A DNA stretch of 63,120 bases, the filler included, from Globobulimina sp. (lineage: Eukaryota): assembly GCA_003354225.1 (NCBI GenBank). It is 32 parts of 32 records of this genome, joined end to end, with 100 filler letters (N's around TTAATTAATTAA, not from the genome) between each part and the next. Parts side by side here need not be neighbours in the genome. Positions count along the whole stretch, not along the records: positions 47,429 to 49,302 come from PIVH01011009.1; positions 49,403 to 51,276 come from PIVH01011010.1; positions 51,377 to 53,250 come from PIVH01011011.1; positions 53,351 to 55,224 come from PIVH01011012.1; positions 55,325 to 57,198 come from PIVH01011013.1; positions 57,299 to 59,172 come from PIVH01011014.1; positions 59,273 to 61,146 come from PIVH01011015.1; 25 more parts are not named here. One strand, written 5' to 3'. Below, in pieces: positions 47,521 to 59,428 of this stretch. Made by a program: the position numbers and the translations under genes. The notes under the pieces were generated by a model. The model saw only the letters and a list, made by a program, of their open reading frames with translations, was not told the origin of the DNA and did no database searches. Within the stretch, counting starts at the first letter, position 1. Each line of letters opens with the position of its first letter.

Positions 47521-48543
47521 TTATACAGATGAACCCACAGGAGGACAAATATGAACTACATCATCCCTATCATAATCATCTCGCACTACGGTCCTATCTT
47601 CCGTGAAAAACGTTACCCACTGTTTTATTTGATTCCGATTGGTTGTAATCACTTGCAATCGAATTTCATTCTCAAATTCTAATTGATATGGCGATGTAAT
47701 CCCTGAATCAACAATGTTAAGTGTTTGTAATGTACTGGGTATGTTTACCAGTCTTGTTACATATTTGCAGCCTTTCATAACAAAGTACTTTAACACTGTG
47801 AGAGTAGAATTACATGCAATGAAATCAATAACTCCTCGAATCGGATTATTAGAAACATCTACCTCCTTCAAAGCGATTGATATACCAAATGTTTCATCAT
47901 CTAACCGTGTAAACTTATTGTCCGTCACTGATAAAAATATCATACTACCAAATAAAAACTTTTGTAACGAATATAAATTGTTATCGTTTAATTGAACCTC
48001 AGAGAATGCTGGAGAGCCTGACCCAGGAATTTTAAGTGCATGGTCAGCAAATTCCAAATATTGTAACACCTCTTGGTTTAAATACCATTTATTGTTTAAC
48101 GTTAAAACCACACCACGGCCGTCATACCACTGACGTTCTATTATTTCTCTAATCAGTGCAGGAATGATGTTCGAACAGGTTGTTTTGATTTGCCTTTTGA
48201 AATTTTGATCAAAATGTAATCTTTTTGCTGCGTTTGCAATTGTACCATTTTGTTTTTCTTCTCTCATAAATGCAGTTATTAATCGTGCGTAATCCTTTGA
48301 GCGTAATGTATTATTTCCAGTTCCTAAATCTCTTTGTTTCATTACAGACTCTGCCGCTTTCCTAAAACGAATGTTTCCATGATGTAAATATATGGTTACT
48401 AATTCATAGGATGGTAACCATTGATAGATGTGACTCAATAAATCATCTGTTACTTGCCTCATGTTACTGCAGGTACTGACTGATAGAATGTTTAAAATCA
48501 TAATAATAATAATACATTTAGTTAACATCGAAAAGAATGCCAT
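47521..48543 (-). CDS. Signal peptide + F-box-like + LRR protein
   Basis: Hydrophobic N-terminus, VTDDLLSHIYQWLPSYEL, LRRs VQLNDNNL / LSVTDNKF / VDVSNNPI. Confidence 0.7.
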   Translation of the reverse strand: MAFFSMLTKCIIIIMILNILSVSTCSNMRQVTDDLLSHIYQWLPSYELVTIYLHHGNIRFRKAAESVMKQRDLGTGNNTLRSKDYARLITAFMREEKQNGTIANAAKRLHFDQNFKRQIKTTCSNIIPALIREIIERQWYDGRGVVLTLNNKWYLNQEVLQYLEFADHALKIPGSGSPAFSEVQLNDNNLYSLQKFLFGSMIFLSVTDNKFTRLDDETFGISIALKEVDVSNNPIRGVIDFIACNSTLTVLKYFVMKGCKYVTRLVNIPSTLQTLNIVDSGITSPYQLEFENEIRLQVITTNRNQIKQWVTFFTEDRTVVRDDYDRDDVVHICPPVGSSV

Positions 48544-48626
48544 GATGATTCAGCTTAAATCAAAAGTAAGTGACTCTGAAATAAACTGCGAATCTGCGAG
48601 GAGACCGCTATAAATTACATAATAGC

Positions 48627-48656
48627 ATAAGGTAAAAATGTGTCGTCTATGAGGTG
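48627..48656 (+). repeat. Fragment of the MITE family seen at 61448..61592
   Basis: AAAAATGTGTCGTCTATGAGGTG vs AAAAATTTGTCGTTTATGAGGTG (21/23 identical). Confidence 0.6.
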
Positions 48657-48752
48657 ATGTAGTAGCCGGAGTAGGTCGAGCCTGGTTCTAGGGTTGAACT
48701 AAGGGTTCCGACTGATGAACCAACAACGATGCTTCATCTATACTGCAAGCAG

Positions 48753-48974
48753 TTATATATACATTGTGGCTTTTTTATTATATTTGACAATATTGGCTGC
48801 TTCGCCTGCAATCCGATCAAATGTGTCATGCACAAATCCATTCATCACATTCATGGCTCTTTTGTTCATTCCAATGTCTGGATGCACCTGTTTTAAAACC
48901 TTGAAAATATAAATGTTAAATGTCTCTTTTCTTTTTCTGTTATATTTTCTGTCTGATGCTGTTTTGGCCGACAT
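48753..48974 (-). pseudogene. H2B: Truncated histone H2B
   Basis: [53 protein letters not shown], then a stop. No SREIQTAVRL exon found downstream. Confidence 0.8.
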
Positions 48975-49593
48975 TCTTGCGATGCGATGGATCGATGGAC
49001 GGAATTAATTGAATTAAAGTTGTTGTTGTTGTTTGTGTTTGTTTTGTTTTGTTTTGGTGAAGATTTAGAGATTGGGTTGGATTGATAATATTATTCATTA
49101 TCTTTATTTTATTTTAATCATCCATCAGATTATCGGTCTATGCTTGCGGCTTATTGGTCGCTCCAATAATAATAATAAGAAATGCTCCATCAAAGTGGTA
49201 CATGTATCAAAAACTTGGTCACTATCTTTAAATGACTATAATCAACGTAAAGAAATTAAAATTTGTGATTTATGTTCATTTAATATGTTGGGAAATAGTA
49301 TCNNNNNNNNNNNNNNNNNNNNNNNNNNNNNNNNNNNNNNNNNNNNTTAATTAATTAANNNNNNNNNNNNNNNNNNNNNNNNNNNNNNNNNNNNNNNNNN
49401 NNAGTAATATCCGTAGGTGGTTGAAAGATGAAAGTATCGTTGAAAACATAGTATTAGACTAATCTGTGTTGTTTTTTGTTTTGTACATGTTTCAGTAATC
49501 TTAATGTTTCTTGCTTTTGTTCCGTTCAGTGTGACTTCACTCTTTTTTTGTCAGATTTAAGCTAAAGATAAAACTTTGACTAATAGTCTGGAC

Positions 49594-51071
49594 ATGCTTT
49601 TCTGTTTTTGTTTCTTTATATTTATCAATTTCTTTCCAATACCAGCCCTAGATCTGTTTCAAGCAGGAGGTACATCGAAAACAAAGCATATATTTTATAA
49701 CAAATACCATATTGCTAATATATAGTGGCGAATATATGTAACAACGATATATCAAATTCAAACTGCAACCAACGAACAAGTGATTCAAACCATGCAGAAT
49801 ATGAATGTACAGAGTTATCACATTCTGCAAATGCAACAATATGTGGATGTGTTTCATCATCACTTGCAACAAAAACCGCAGTAATTATCATAATCGATGC
49901 AAGTAATCATACACGAGACGAATGGCAATATATAACACTAAAATGGCTGTCATTATATTATGACACAATATACCAATCAAATAATGAGTTAGTTCATTAC
50001 ATGCTAAGTCATGGCGACTTTACTCTGATCTCATTCGATCAAAACCCAGCAAGCTCAGAACTATCCACTCATTCATTTATGCAAAACCTTGCATCCTTAT
50101 CCAAACCAAACGTCTGTGTGGCTTTCAAGAGAGCAAATCAATGGTTATCAAAACAGACAAATCCATCCAAAATCATATATATCAGCAAAACCACACCCTT
50201 TGCACCAAGTTTCTTATATCATTGTCGCGACACAAAAATAGAAAGTGATATCGATATATTTAGTATAAAATATTATAGTTATCTTAATTTAAATTATGTA
50301 CAAAGAGATATTGCTCCATTTTCATATGAAATGAGCATATTTCCACATACTTTCGAAGGTGTATTAATCGATGCAAACAATTTTAAAAATTATTCAAATG
50401 TTATCGCATCATTTATTGTTGCTGCAATCTCTGACTTTGTATGTATGAGCGGCGTCGGACAAGAAACGAATGTGATAAATACAAATGTGATAAATATGAT
50501 GGAATCAGATTGTTGTGTTCATGCATCGGGTTTGGAGTATAATGATTTATCATTGATTAATACCTGTGATGATCTGCATAAAATACGTGAGATTGAATAT
50601 TTATTAGCAACCCAAAACTGTTTATTTTATTGTGATCCATTTCATTTTTATTTAGAAACGAATGCAAGAAATTGGGATTGTATACAAAATTATGCATTGT
50701 GGGTGCAATTGTATCATATATGTGAGGGAAATCTAAATCTAACCATGTGGAATGACTATAGATGGCATTGTCCAATGTGTTACAATCTTAGCATTGATTC
50801 TTATAAATCAGTTTGTAGGTCAACTGATGGCAAAGAGCAGTTATTAAATGTGTATATTTTGGATAATTGTGATTGTAGAGATGTGACATTGTTTTTAGTT
50901 GTTGTTATTGAGTTTGCTGCCATATTATGTATAGTGATTGGAATGTTTTTCTTATGGTATCGATTTAATGTAATAAAAGTTAAACAACATTTAGCACAAA
51001 AACCATTGGCTTTTGTAGAGCCACCAAACCATCGCGAAGAGGTAATATTAAATGATGTTGACAGTCAATGA
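49594..51071 (+). CDS. Type I membrane protein with divergent vWA-like domain and Cys-rich region (intron 49670..49725)
   Basis: Signal-peptide exon, VIIIIDAS..FTLISF..AFKRA..KIIYIS, and a TM helix near the C-terminus. Confidence 0.7.
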
Positions 51072-51376
51072 TATTATTTTTTTATGATCTGTTTATTTGT
51101 AAGTTTTATTTTATTTTATCAAAGATCATTATTTGTAATGTATTTGTAACATTTTTGTAGTGCCTGTGACTGCATTCAAATCATTGTTTTTTGCTCCAAT
51201 TAATTAAATTATTGAATTATGTACAATTGTTTTAAGTTTAGTTGCCGCTGACCGATATATTCCAAAAGATAACCCCNNNNNNNNNNNNNNNNNNNNNNNN
51301 NNNNNNNNNNNNNNNNNNNNTTAATTAATTAANNNNNNNNNNNNNNNNNNNNNNNNNNNNNNNNNNNNNNNNNNNN

Positions 51377-51420
51377 TGGCAATCAATCCTCTTAGACATA
51401 AGTAGACTCGAAATGTAACG
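51377..51420 (+). repeat. Dispersed non-coding repeat, second copy at 55647..55688
   Basis: TGGCAATCAATCCTCTTAGACATAAGTAGAC..GTAACG vs TGGCAAGCAATCC-CTTAGACTTAAGTAGAC..GTAACG. Confidence 0.7.
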
Positions 51421-51629
51421 GTCTCGAAAAAACCTTAGTTGAGCATAGTCTAATAAAGACGGAATGGCTGACTTTGTAGAGTAAATAAAGCTTTTTGTGG
51501 CCAGCGATCGGACTCTGATCGTCAAAAAATAGGCAAACAATGGATCAGTGTTATATCCGCCTACATGTTTGTCAATGATCGGAGTGTAACCAACAAAATA
51601 ATTTTCATTTGATTTGGCTGCTTTACAGA

Positions 51630-52442
51630 ATGGGTAACAAAGGTTCTAAACAATCAAATTTGAAGGACATTGTCAAGGTATCGTCGATATCTGCGGATCA
51701 ATTGGAGCTGTATGAAAAAGCACCAAGTTATAATAGCGAGTCGAATTATGATGTTGTATATACAAAAAATGAGAAACTTATTTTTGGATATTTTAGAAAT
51801 AACAGTATAACCATCGTATCAAAAACAGATATAATTAAAATATGTTTATTATATTACCATGACTCTCAACTGAATCAATTTGAATTTAAATGGGACGATA
51901 TCCGGCACGGAGATTGTATTGACTTCATACAACAGGAAAATAACGGCACCATTTGCACCAAAGTTGGTTGCTCAAAGGAGAGTGAATGGGGAATAGCAAT
52001 ATCTTTATTAATTATATCATCGTCAATATGTAATGAATATTGCTTTGAAATACAAATATTAAATAATTCACACAAATTAGGTAATGCGTTTATGATGGGA
52101 TTTATCTATGAATCGTTGATTAATGATCACTTTATTGATTGGAATAAACACTTAAATGTAGATAATGCGAATCAAATTGCATTTTATGTAGGAAATGGTA
52201 AAAAAAAAATTGAGATATATGGGGACTATCAAACATCTAAACATATTGAGTGGAAGTATGATTTTAAAAATGGTGATAGGTTTAGGGTATATATCAATTT
52301 TCAAAAACGAAATGTTACATTATATTATAATGAGGATTATGTAGATATAATATTTCAAAATATAAATATAAATGAAAATTTAATCCCTTCAGTGGCATTA
52401 TGTAACGCTGAAATTACTGTCACTAAATCTTATTTTGTTTAA
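51630..52442 (+). CDS. Myristoylation-motif protein with GYxR motif and SPRY/B30.2-like domain
   Basis: MGNKGS start, LIFGYFR..DIIKICLLYY, FEIQI..FMMGF..FKNGDRFRVYINF..LYYN..LIPSVAL. Confidence 0.75.
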   Translation: MGNKGSKQSNLKDIVKVSSISADQLELYEKAPSYNSESNYDVVYTKNEKLIFGYFRNNSITIVSKTDIIKICLLYYHDSQLNQFEFKWDDIRHGDCIDFIQQENNGTICTKVGCSKESEWGIAISLLIISSSICNEYCFEIQILNNSHKLGNAFMMGFIYESLINDHFIDWNKHLNVDNANQIAFYVGNGKKKIEIYGDYQTSKHIEWKYDFKNGDRFRVYINFQKRNVTLYYNEDYVDIIFQNININENLIPSVALCNAEITVTKSYFV

Positions 52443-52500
52443 TAAAATCGTATAATTTATGTGTAGCTTTACTTTGTAGCAAAAAACTTTTTGCGTTGAT

Positions 52501-53022
52501 ATGGCGCAACAAACTGATGAGCAAAGTCCAAATGACAGTGATAAGGAGAAGCAAACTGAAGAAATTCATCAAAAAATGCTGACACCACATGATGCATCAA
52601 CTTTAAAAGCAAAATTATTTGAATTATGCAAACAAGCTGACATTGATAATAATAAACTAATCACTTATTCTCAATTCCAATCCGTCATAAAACAATTTCT
52701 ACCAAATGCGACTGAGAAACGAGTGCACGAAATGTTTAACACATTCGATAAAGATAATGCTGGCAACGTATCTTACGTTGAATTTCTGTCAGACACAAAC
52801 TTTGATTCATTCCTTCAATATTGTTAAGTCAAACGGCAATATACATACACTTAACATACATAATTACATATATTTAAACATCAAATAGGTGGATATTTTA
52901 CATATCATCATCAAACTAACAATCCCCATGATACAATTCCCGATGTAACAGAGTTACAGCTTCAAATAACCAGAGAGTTTTCCATTCGTAACACGCACGA
53001 CAAACAAATTGTAATTTCGCAG
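52501..53022 (+). CDS. EF-hand protein, multi-exon, 3' end uncertain
   Basis: ADIDNNKLITYSQF and FDKDNAGNVSYVEF. Intron GTTAAG..ATAG at ~52823-52888. Confidence 0.75.
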
Positions 53023-53350
53023 GTGTGTACATTGAAAAAAACTGCTTTTAAGTATGAATGACAGTGGTATGGAAGGCTTGAAATCGTTTGACACCGTCAC
53101 GACGGTTATGACTCTGACATTTTATGTTCATTTTTAAAGTGTTTCTATAGAAACAGTAAATGTTCTGCGTACTGTATGTTTGGCACGACAAAGTTGACCA
53201 GGCTATATATTTACATGCGTTAAAATGGAAAATGGACTGATACCTGGTAANNNNNNNNNNNNNNNNNNNNNNNNNNNNNNNNNNNNNNNNNNNNTTAATT
53301 AATTAANNNNNNNNNNNNNNNNNNNNNNNNNNNNNNNNNNNNNNNNNNNN

Positions 53351-55140
53351 ATTTTTGCTATTTTAGATGGGATGGATATTATTGCTGAGTATGATGAACT
53401 CACCAATTTATTTACGTGTTTAGTCCATGTAAACACTTTCTTGTCTTCTTTAAATTGCAAAATAACTCCTAAATAATCATAGTGTGAGCCAGTGGGCAAT
53501 GTTTTTATTTCCTTGTTGTATATAGTTGCTTTTATTTGATTATTAATATACTGATTATATTCATTTCTATCTAAATACATCCAATTCATAATATGCAATT
53601 TAGATTTGCTTATTTTGACTCTTGATCCAATCATTTTGAGTCTATTTGCTAAAAAATTGATATTATAATTCAAGTTTAGTATGGAATTTGCCATAAAAAA
53701 TGCGTCGTCGACATAAATAAATCCAAAAATAATAGTAATTAATCGCGGTCCTAATGCACGTAAATTATAAGTTTTCTTGTTTATAATATTATTATTGCGC
53801 TCCATTGGAATTGTTACACCTTTTAATTCGCTCTCACCATTCCTCATTATTTGATTACTGTGTATCGAGAAATCAGGGGTCGAATTGGTGCCACCTTGGC
53901 TTAGTCCGCAATACATCTTTGATTTGCCAACAGGAATTTTGTTGACATGGATTAATAACTGATTATTATCTTCAATGTTCTTTTTAATTTTATATATCCG
54001 AGGATCTATTTTTTGTTCGTAATTTGTTTGATATCGAATGACTTTGGGGTCAGCATTGTCGTATGCTTTATCTACATCCATTAAAGCAATAACTATCGGC
54101 TTTAATAACTCAACATTGATCTCAGTCGCTAATACAATGGATAGTATCTGTAATATCGTGCCTTTCTCGCAATGCTGCACCGGCGTTATATGCTTATCTT
54201 CGTTGATTATCTCACAAATAAATGCTTCAACCATTCCTCGCACCTTTCCCACCGCTCTGATACATCGATAATCGAATTCTTTCTTTTTTAATGTAACTAG
54301 TTTGGATAACTTCATCTTTTCAGGGATCTGACCCGTATTTAATATAAAATATAATCTAACAATATCACAATTATTATCCATCATTTTTGCGATATTCCAA
54401 TTAATTATATCTATTCCGATTGATTTGCTATGCTTCTTTTTCTTTTTATGTCTAATCACAAAATCGCACACTTCATCGATTCCAAATCTTTCAATTTCAT
54501 TCGCAAATAACTGCTCATACATTTCACTGATAATTTTATCTTCATTCTGATAAAATTTCTGTTTCTCGTCATCCAAAATATGATTTTCTTTATATAACTC
54601 ATCAATTTCTCCCAATATTTGCTCGGCTTTTATTGCGGTGTTATAATAAATTTGTGAGTCAATTTTTACTCCTCCGTCATCTCTGTTTTTTTGTTTAATC
54701 ATTTGCCAGAATTTATGGTCGTTGTTATATACTGACTCGTTAACCAGTTGTATCTGACGATTTATTTCTGTTTCTTTTTGTAATTCTAACAATTCTTCAA
54801 TTTCGTTGTTAATTTTCTTGCAATCGTTGTCTAACTGATTAATATCATCACTTTTTTCATCAAACTGTTGTATTTTATTAATTAGAGCACTCTGTAAAAT
54901 CTGTAAGTCTCTGTTACTTACAACATGCGATTTATTTTGAATATAATTTATTTTAATACATCCATAATGTAACAATGCATCAACAATAATATAATTATAC
55001 GTATTGTTCATCGTATTAATATTTTGCGATTTGTAGTAAATATCAATTAAATCACTGGAAACATCGTATTTATTTATAACATCATTCAAAATACCAGCGA
55101 TTTCTTCATCGGATTTAATAAATTTGCACTTCCAATTTGA
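53351..55140 (-). mobile_element. Non-LTR retrotransposon reverse transcriptase ORF, partial
   Basis: LKKKEFDYRCI, LMDVDKAYD, GLSQGGTNSTPDFSI, FIYVDD, KISKSK, YDYLGV. About 600 uninterrupted codons. Confidence 0.9.
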
Positions 55141-55195
55141 TTTTTGGGTCGATAGACCCTCATACCAGTGATTTCAAAAATTTGAGATTTTTTTT

Positions 55196-55224
55196 AGTAC
55201 TACTACTACTACTACTAGTACTAC
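55196..55224. repeat. (TAC)n microsatellite at the contig end
   Basis: TAGTACTACTACTACTACTACTAGTACTAC. Confidence 0.8.
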
Positions 55225-55324
55225 NNNNNNNNNNNNNNNNNNNNNNNNNNNNNNNNNNNNNNNNNNNNTTAATTAATTAANNNNNNNNNNNNNNNNNNNN
55301 NNNNNNNNNNNNNNNNNNNNNNNN

Positions 55325-55465
55325 TGAGTGCAATAATTGGGACATTCGGATAATTGACACGTAGACTATGTAAATTTCGATACTTTGGACGGAAATCATG
55401 ACCCCACGACGAGATACAATGACATTCATCAATGGCAAATAAACCAATGTTGCATCCCATCGATA
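55325..55465 (-). CDS. RecQ-family helicase exon/fragment (motif II region)
   Basis: [33 protein letters not shown]. No upstream RecQ exons on the contig. Confidence 0.85.
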
Positions 55466-55469
55466 CTGC

Positions 55470-55535
55470 TGTCGCCTCAGGATTTGAACCTGAATCTTCT
55501 GGAGCAATGCAGTGCTCTGCTTGAGCTAGGCGACC
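55470..55535 (-). pseudogene. tRNA-derived element (Ala-TGC-like) with defective anticodon arm
   Basis: GTCGCC/GGCGAC acceptor, GCTC/GAGC D stem, TCAGG-TTCAAAT-CCTGA T arm. The anticodon arm CTGCA-TTGC-TCCAG is shortened and mismatched. Confidence 0.7.
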
Positions 55536-55803
55536 TTTATCCATTATCGATTTTCTATGTGGAGGTTTATTTTGCAAATGGATTATAAACCATATGACGA
55601 GACAGTAGAGGCGATAGAGTGAGGACTATTTATTAATCCACGCTGCTGGCAAGCAATCCCTTAGACTTAAGTAGACATTAAAGTAACGCCTTCAGAATTT
55701 TGCTAAACTACAAAGTGAAAAGCTGTAACTAAACTCTATAACACAAAAAAAGAATTATATGTTCAAAAACAATCAATTGTCATTTGTCCTAAGAAATTCT
55801 ATG

Positions 55804-56909
55804 TCATATTGAATATCTTAAAATTGCAACATTTCCAGAGGTTCCAGCACCAAATGTTCCAGAGGTTGATACCGTAATTTTTCTATCTGATGGCATAGGA
55901 AACCATACATTATCTGAATTCCATGAATATGCAGATTGTGCGTAAGGATGAAATAAATATAAATGAGTGTAATCTCTACCATTTGCATTAATTGTTGTGG
56001 TTACCCACCGATCGCTGTCTGGACTTGAACCACCGCTTCTCATTTGAATAAAATATTGATTTTTTTTTGCTTCGTTTGGAACATCAGATACATCCAAAGT
56101 AAATGATGCTGTACCACCATTTGGTATATTACCTAAAAGAAAATAATTCGGTATTTCATTATTACCAGTTTCAATATCATCTACTTTGATTATTAATTGT
56201 TGTAATGATATATTTTGTATTTGAATAATATTTAATAATGCAGTATATGTTGGATCAATGGTTGGATTCATAGTTGGTGGTAATGATGGTATCAATGTAA
56301 TATCTGTTGGATTGATCGTTGGTGTTGATGATGGGTTTGATGATGGATTAATTGATGGAATTTCTGTATATAAAAAACATGAATATTATATTTCTGTTTA
56401 TGATTTATGACTTATAAACCTGATGGAGAGTTTGATGGAGAGTTTGATGGAGAGTTTGATGGAGAGTTTGATGGAGTATATGTTGGTTCCATTGATGGAG
56501 CATATGTTGGCAAATAAGTTGCAGTTACTTCCAATGTTGCGGCTATATTCTCATTACATTCACATTCATCGATATTTATAAAATTATATGTTGATAACGC
56601 TGCAGCATATAATACTAAAAAAGTAATGAATATTCTATAAACCATAAGATATGTACAAGTCACAGTACAACAAATTCCTTTTTTAATATTACTATTATTA
56701 TTCTGAGCCAATATATTTGTAGAAGAAGTAATTGGTGATGTTGATAATTGATTTGAATTCATATTTACGATTGGCATTGGTTCAATATTTAAATTTGGAT
56801 CCTTCATTACCATTAAACCTGCTGTTTGATGTTGCATTTCTATTCCAGTATATATATACATTCCATCGTCAGCTTCATCCGACGAACCCTCATTTGTATG
56901 AGTTGCCAT
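55804..56909 (-). CDS. Type II membrane protein with PT/SNSP stalk and C-terminal beta-rich domain (intron 56364..56419)
   Basis: TM helix, (SNSP)x4 12-bp repeat, C-terminal SAYSWNSDNVWFPMPSDRKI. Confidence 0.7.
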
Positions 56910-57298
56910 TATCTACAAAAGGGAAAAGTTTAAGGGGGTGGTAAATTGATCTTGTGTAGGGGGGGTACCTGTACGGTACTGTAAGAAAAGTGGATTTGCA
57001 ACAATTTGAAATGCAAAAGCACTGTAAGAAAATATGTTTTGCAAAAATGTTGTCCAAAATCATACTGTAAGAAAACTTGATTTTGACTTTCAATGTTTTT
57101 ATTTTGAATAATCTGTAAAAAACTGTAAATTCAAAGAGTTTACAGTAAAAAACAGTAATTTCAAACTGAAAAGCAAAAAGTTAAATGTTACCTTTAACNN
57201 NNNNNNNNNNNNNNNNNNNNNNNNNNNNNNNNNNNNNNNNNNTTAATTAATTAANNNNNNNNNNNNNNNNNNNNNNNNNNNNNNNNNNNNNNNNNNNN

Positions 57299-57975
57299 GC
57301 AGTGGCGGCTGGAAGAGCGCCTGCTAATTTTGTAAAGGATAAATCTTTTAAATGCATTCTCCAAACCGAACAATCTTCAGTGTAACAATAATGACACGAA
57401 AATTCGGTGGAGCAACTTGTTGGTAAATAATAAATATAGTCACCAATTTGGCATTGATCACTAACGAATCGCAACTCAAAGGGGAAGGGTGCTGTGGCTG
57501 CTTGTCTCTGCATCGAATATGATGCCATATTATATGAGAAAATATCTTCTTTTGGGTTATTGGTCTCATCATTTCCTAATATACCGCCAACCATGAATAA
57601 GCTCCTTTTTTTTTGTTTTTGTTTTTGTTTCTGCTTGTTTTTATTATACATTTGTATGAAGGTATGGAGTGTCAGAGTAAATTTCAGAATGTTGGTCAAC
57701 CGTATTTTCACAATATTGATATGGACTGAATGAACAATGGAATTAATGGTATATATCACAAATAATTTAATTTTTGGTGAAGGTATAAATGTGTTATTCT
57801 GAATGTAAATTTGTTATTCCATATCCTCATGTATTTGGATACATGCATACCTGTCATAAGTACCATACGCCATTCTACGAGTTGCTTGTACTGATGGTTC
57901 ATGATAAAAAGTGATGTTTTGTATCGGCTCAGAAAAAGTAAATGAGAGTAGTGTTGTAAATAGCAAGTAAAACAT
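57299..57975 (-). CDS. Secreted Kelch-like protein, spliced, 3' partial
   Basis: Signal peptide MFYLLFTTLLSFTFS, SLFMVGG..IFSYN, QIGDYIYY. Confidence 0.5.
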
Positions 57976-58130
57976 GATTCGATTGGCTTGTGTTAGCACT
58001 ACGCTATTCTCTGAGACTGAGATTTAAAGTTTTTGAGAAGAATATTTTTGTCCCATTTTGCATTCATCAAAGTCCAATCCTTTCTTGCCAGTGATTATAA
58101 ATTACATTCTTCCTGCAACCAAACTCAAGA

Positions 58131-58658
58131 ATGCCTGTTGTATGTTGTTATAATCACAGTAGTGTTTACTTATAATGATGCATTTATTTATGGATATATA
58201 TAGCCAGATTTATTACAGCCAACAAAGAAATCACAAAAAAGAAAATACAAAACAAAAAGATTGGTTCAATCCCCTAACTCCTTCTTTATGGACGTAAAAT
58301 GTCCGGGATGTTTTCAAATGTATGTGTTTGTGATTATATCTCGTTTTTATTTTGCTGACTCTTAAATTACACATAAACACGCAAACAATGCTCAAAAACC
58401 ATTATCAAACCTTATCAAACATTATCACTTCTAAAACAACGGTTTTATGGACGCATTTTCGCAATTTACATACAAAAAATTATGTTTTATCCATGTTTGT
58501 GGAATCATTGTTATATATTTGGATTATTAATGTATAGAACGACTGTATTTTCCCACGCAAACACAACTGTTGTTTGTCCATCATGTCAGACAGTTTTGTG
58601 TACGCCAACCGGAGGTAAAGCCAGATTAACAGAGGGATGCTCATTTAGAAGAAAATAA
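58131..58658 (+). CDS. RPS27: 40S ribosomal protein S27; exons 58131..58139, 58204..58319, 58538..58658 (missed by the ORF track)
   Basis: Spliced [70 protein letters not shown]. Confidence 0.96.
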
Positions 58659-59428
58659 ATGCAATCAATAGGATAATATCAATGGCATTGTACTATCTCA
58701 TACAAGATAATTGTTCATTAAATCAATGTAGCTCTATCTCCTCAATGTAGACTAAGAAAATTTGTTTTTTTAAATGAATCTCTTGATTTATTAAATTTAA
58801 TAAAAATACAAGTTTGAAACAATTGTTTTCCATCATGTGCAAGGATAAGAATTGATGGTGGTTTTTAAATCAAATCAAGGGCCATTTGAGATTATTTTTG
58901 CGATAAAACTCGTCACTGTTTGTTTGTGAAAAATAGACGTTTCTGTCACTTTCAATATGCTCATTCTTGATAGGAATTTCTCTGCGTAAATGCGGATCGA
59001 CCCATCCAACATCGGACTTATAAATTCGTTTCCGGCCATTTCCTAATTTCCTTATGGTTGCACTTAATCTCCGAAACGATAAATCACGTTTCAAAACTCC
59101 TTTGTTTTGCGGGAGAAACACTAATTTATGTTTGGTTATTCCATGCCTCCATTTGTAGCGACAGTCATCTTTNNNNNNNNNNNNNNNNNNNNNNNNNNNN
59201 NNNNNNNNNNNNNNNNTTAATTAATTAANNNNNNNNNNNNNNNNNNNNNNNNNNNNNNNNNNNNNNNNNNNNTTTTTTTATTGTTTTTTCGCTTCTTTTT
59301 TTTTTGTAATTGTTTTTTTTTTGTTTGTTTTTTTTTTATTTATAGTGCATAAATTATTATTTTTCCATTAAATTTAAAACAATTTATCACATTAATTTGA
59401 AAAACCTTTACTGAGCAGCATTGCTTCC

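Noticed and set aside
48585-48730. HDV-like (CTCCTCGC) or hammerhead (CTGATGA) ribozyme
   Set aside because: The required P1/P2 pairings and the GAAA core could not be built.
58320-58537. snoRNA in the long RPS27 intron
   Set aside because: The box C-like and CTGA words are too close together, and no convincing H/ACA hairpins were seen.
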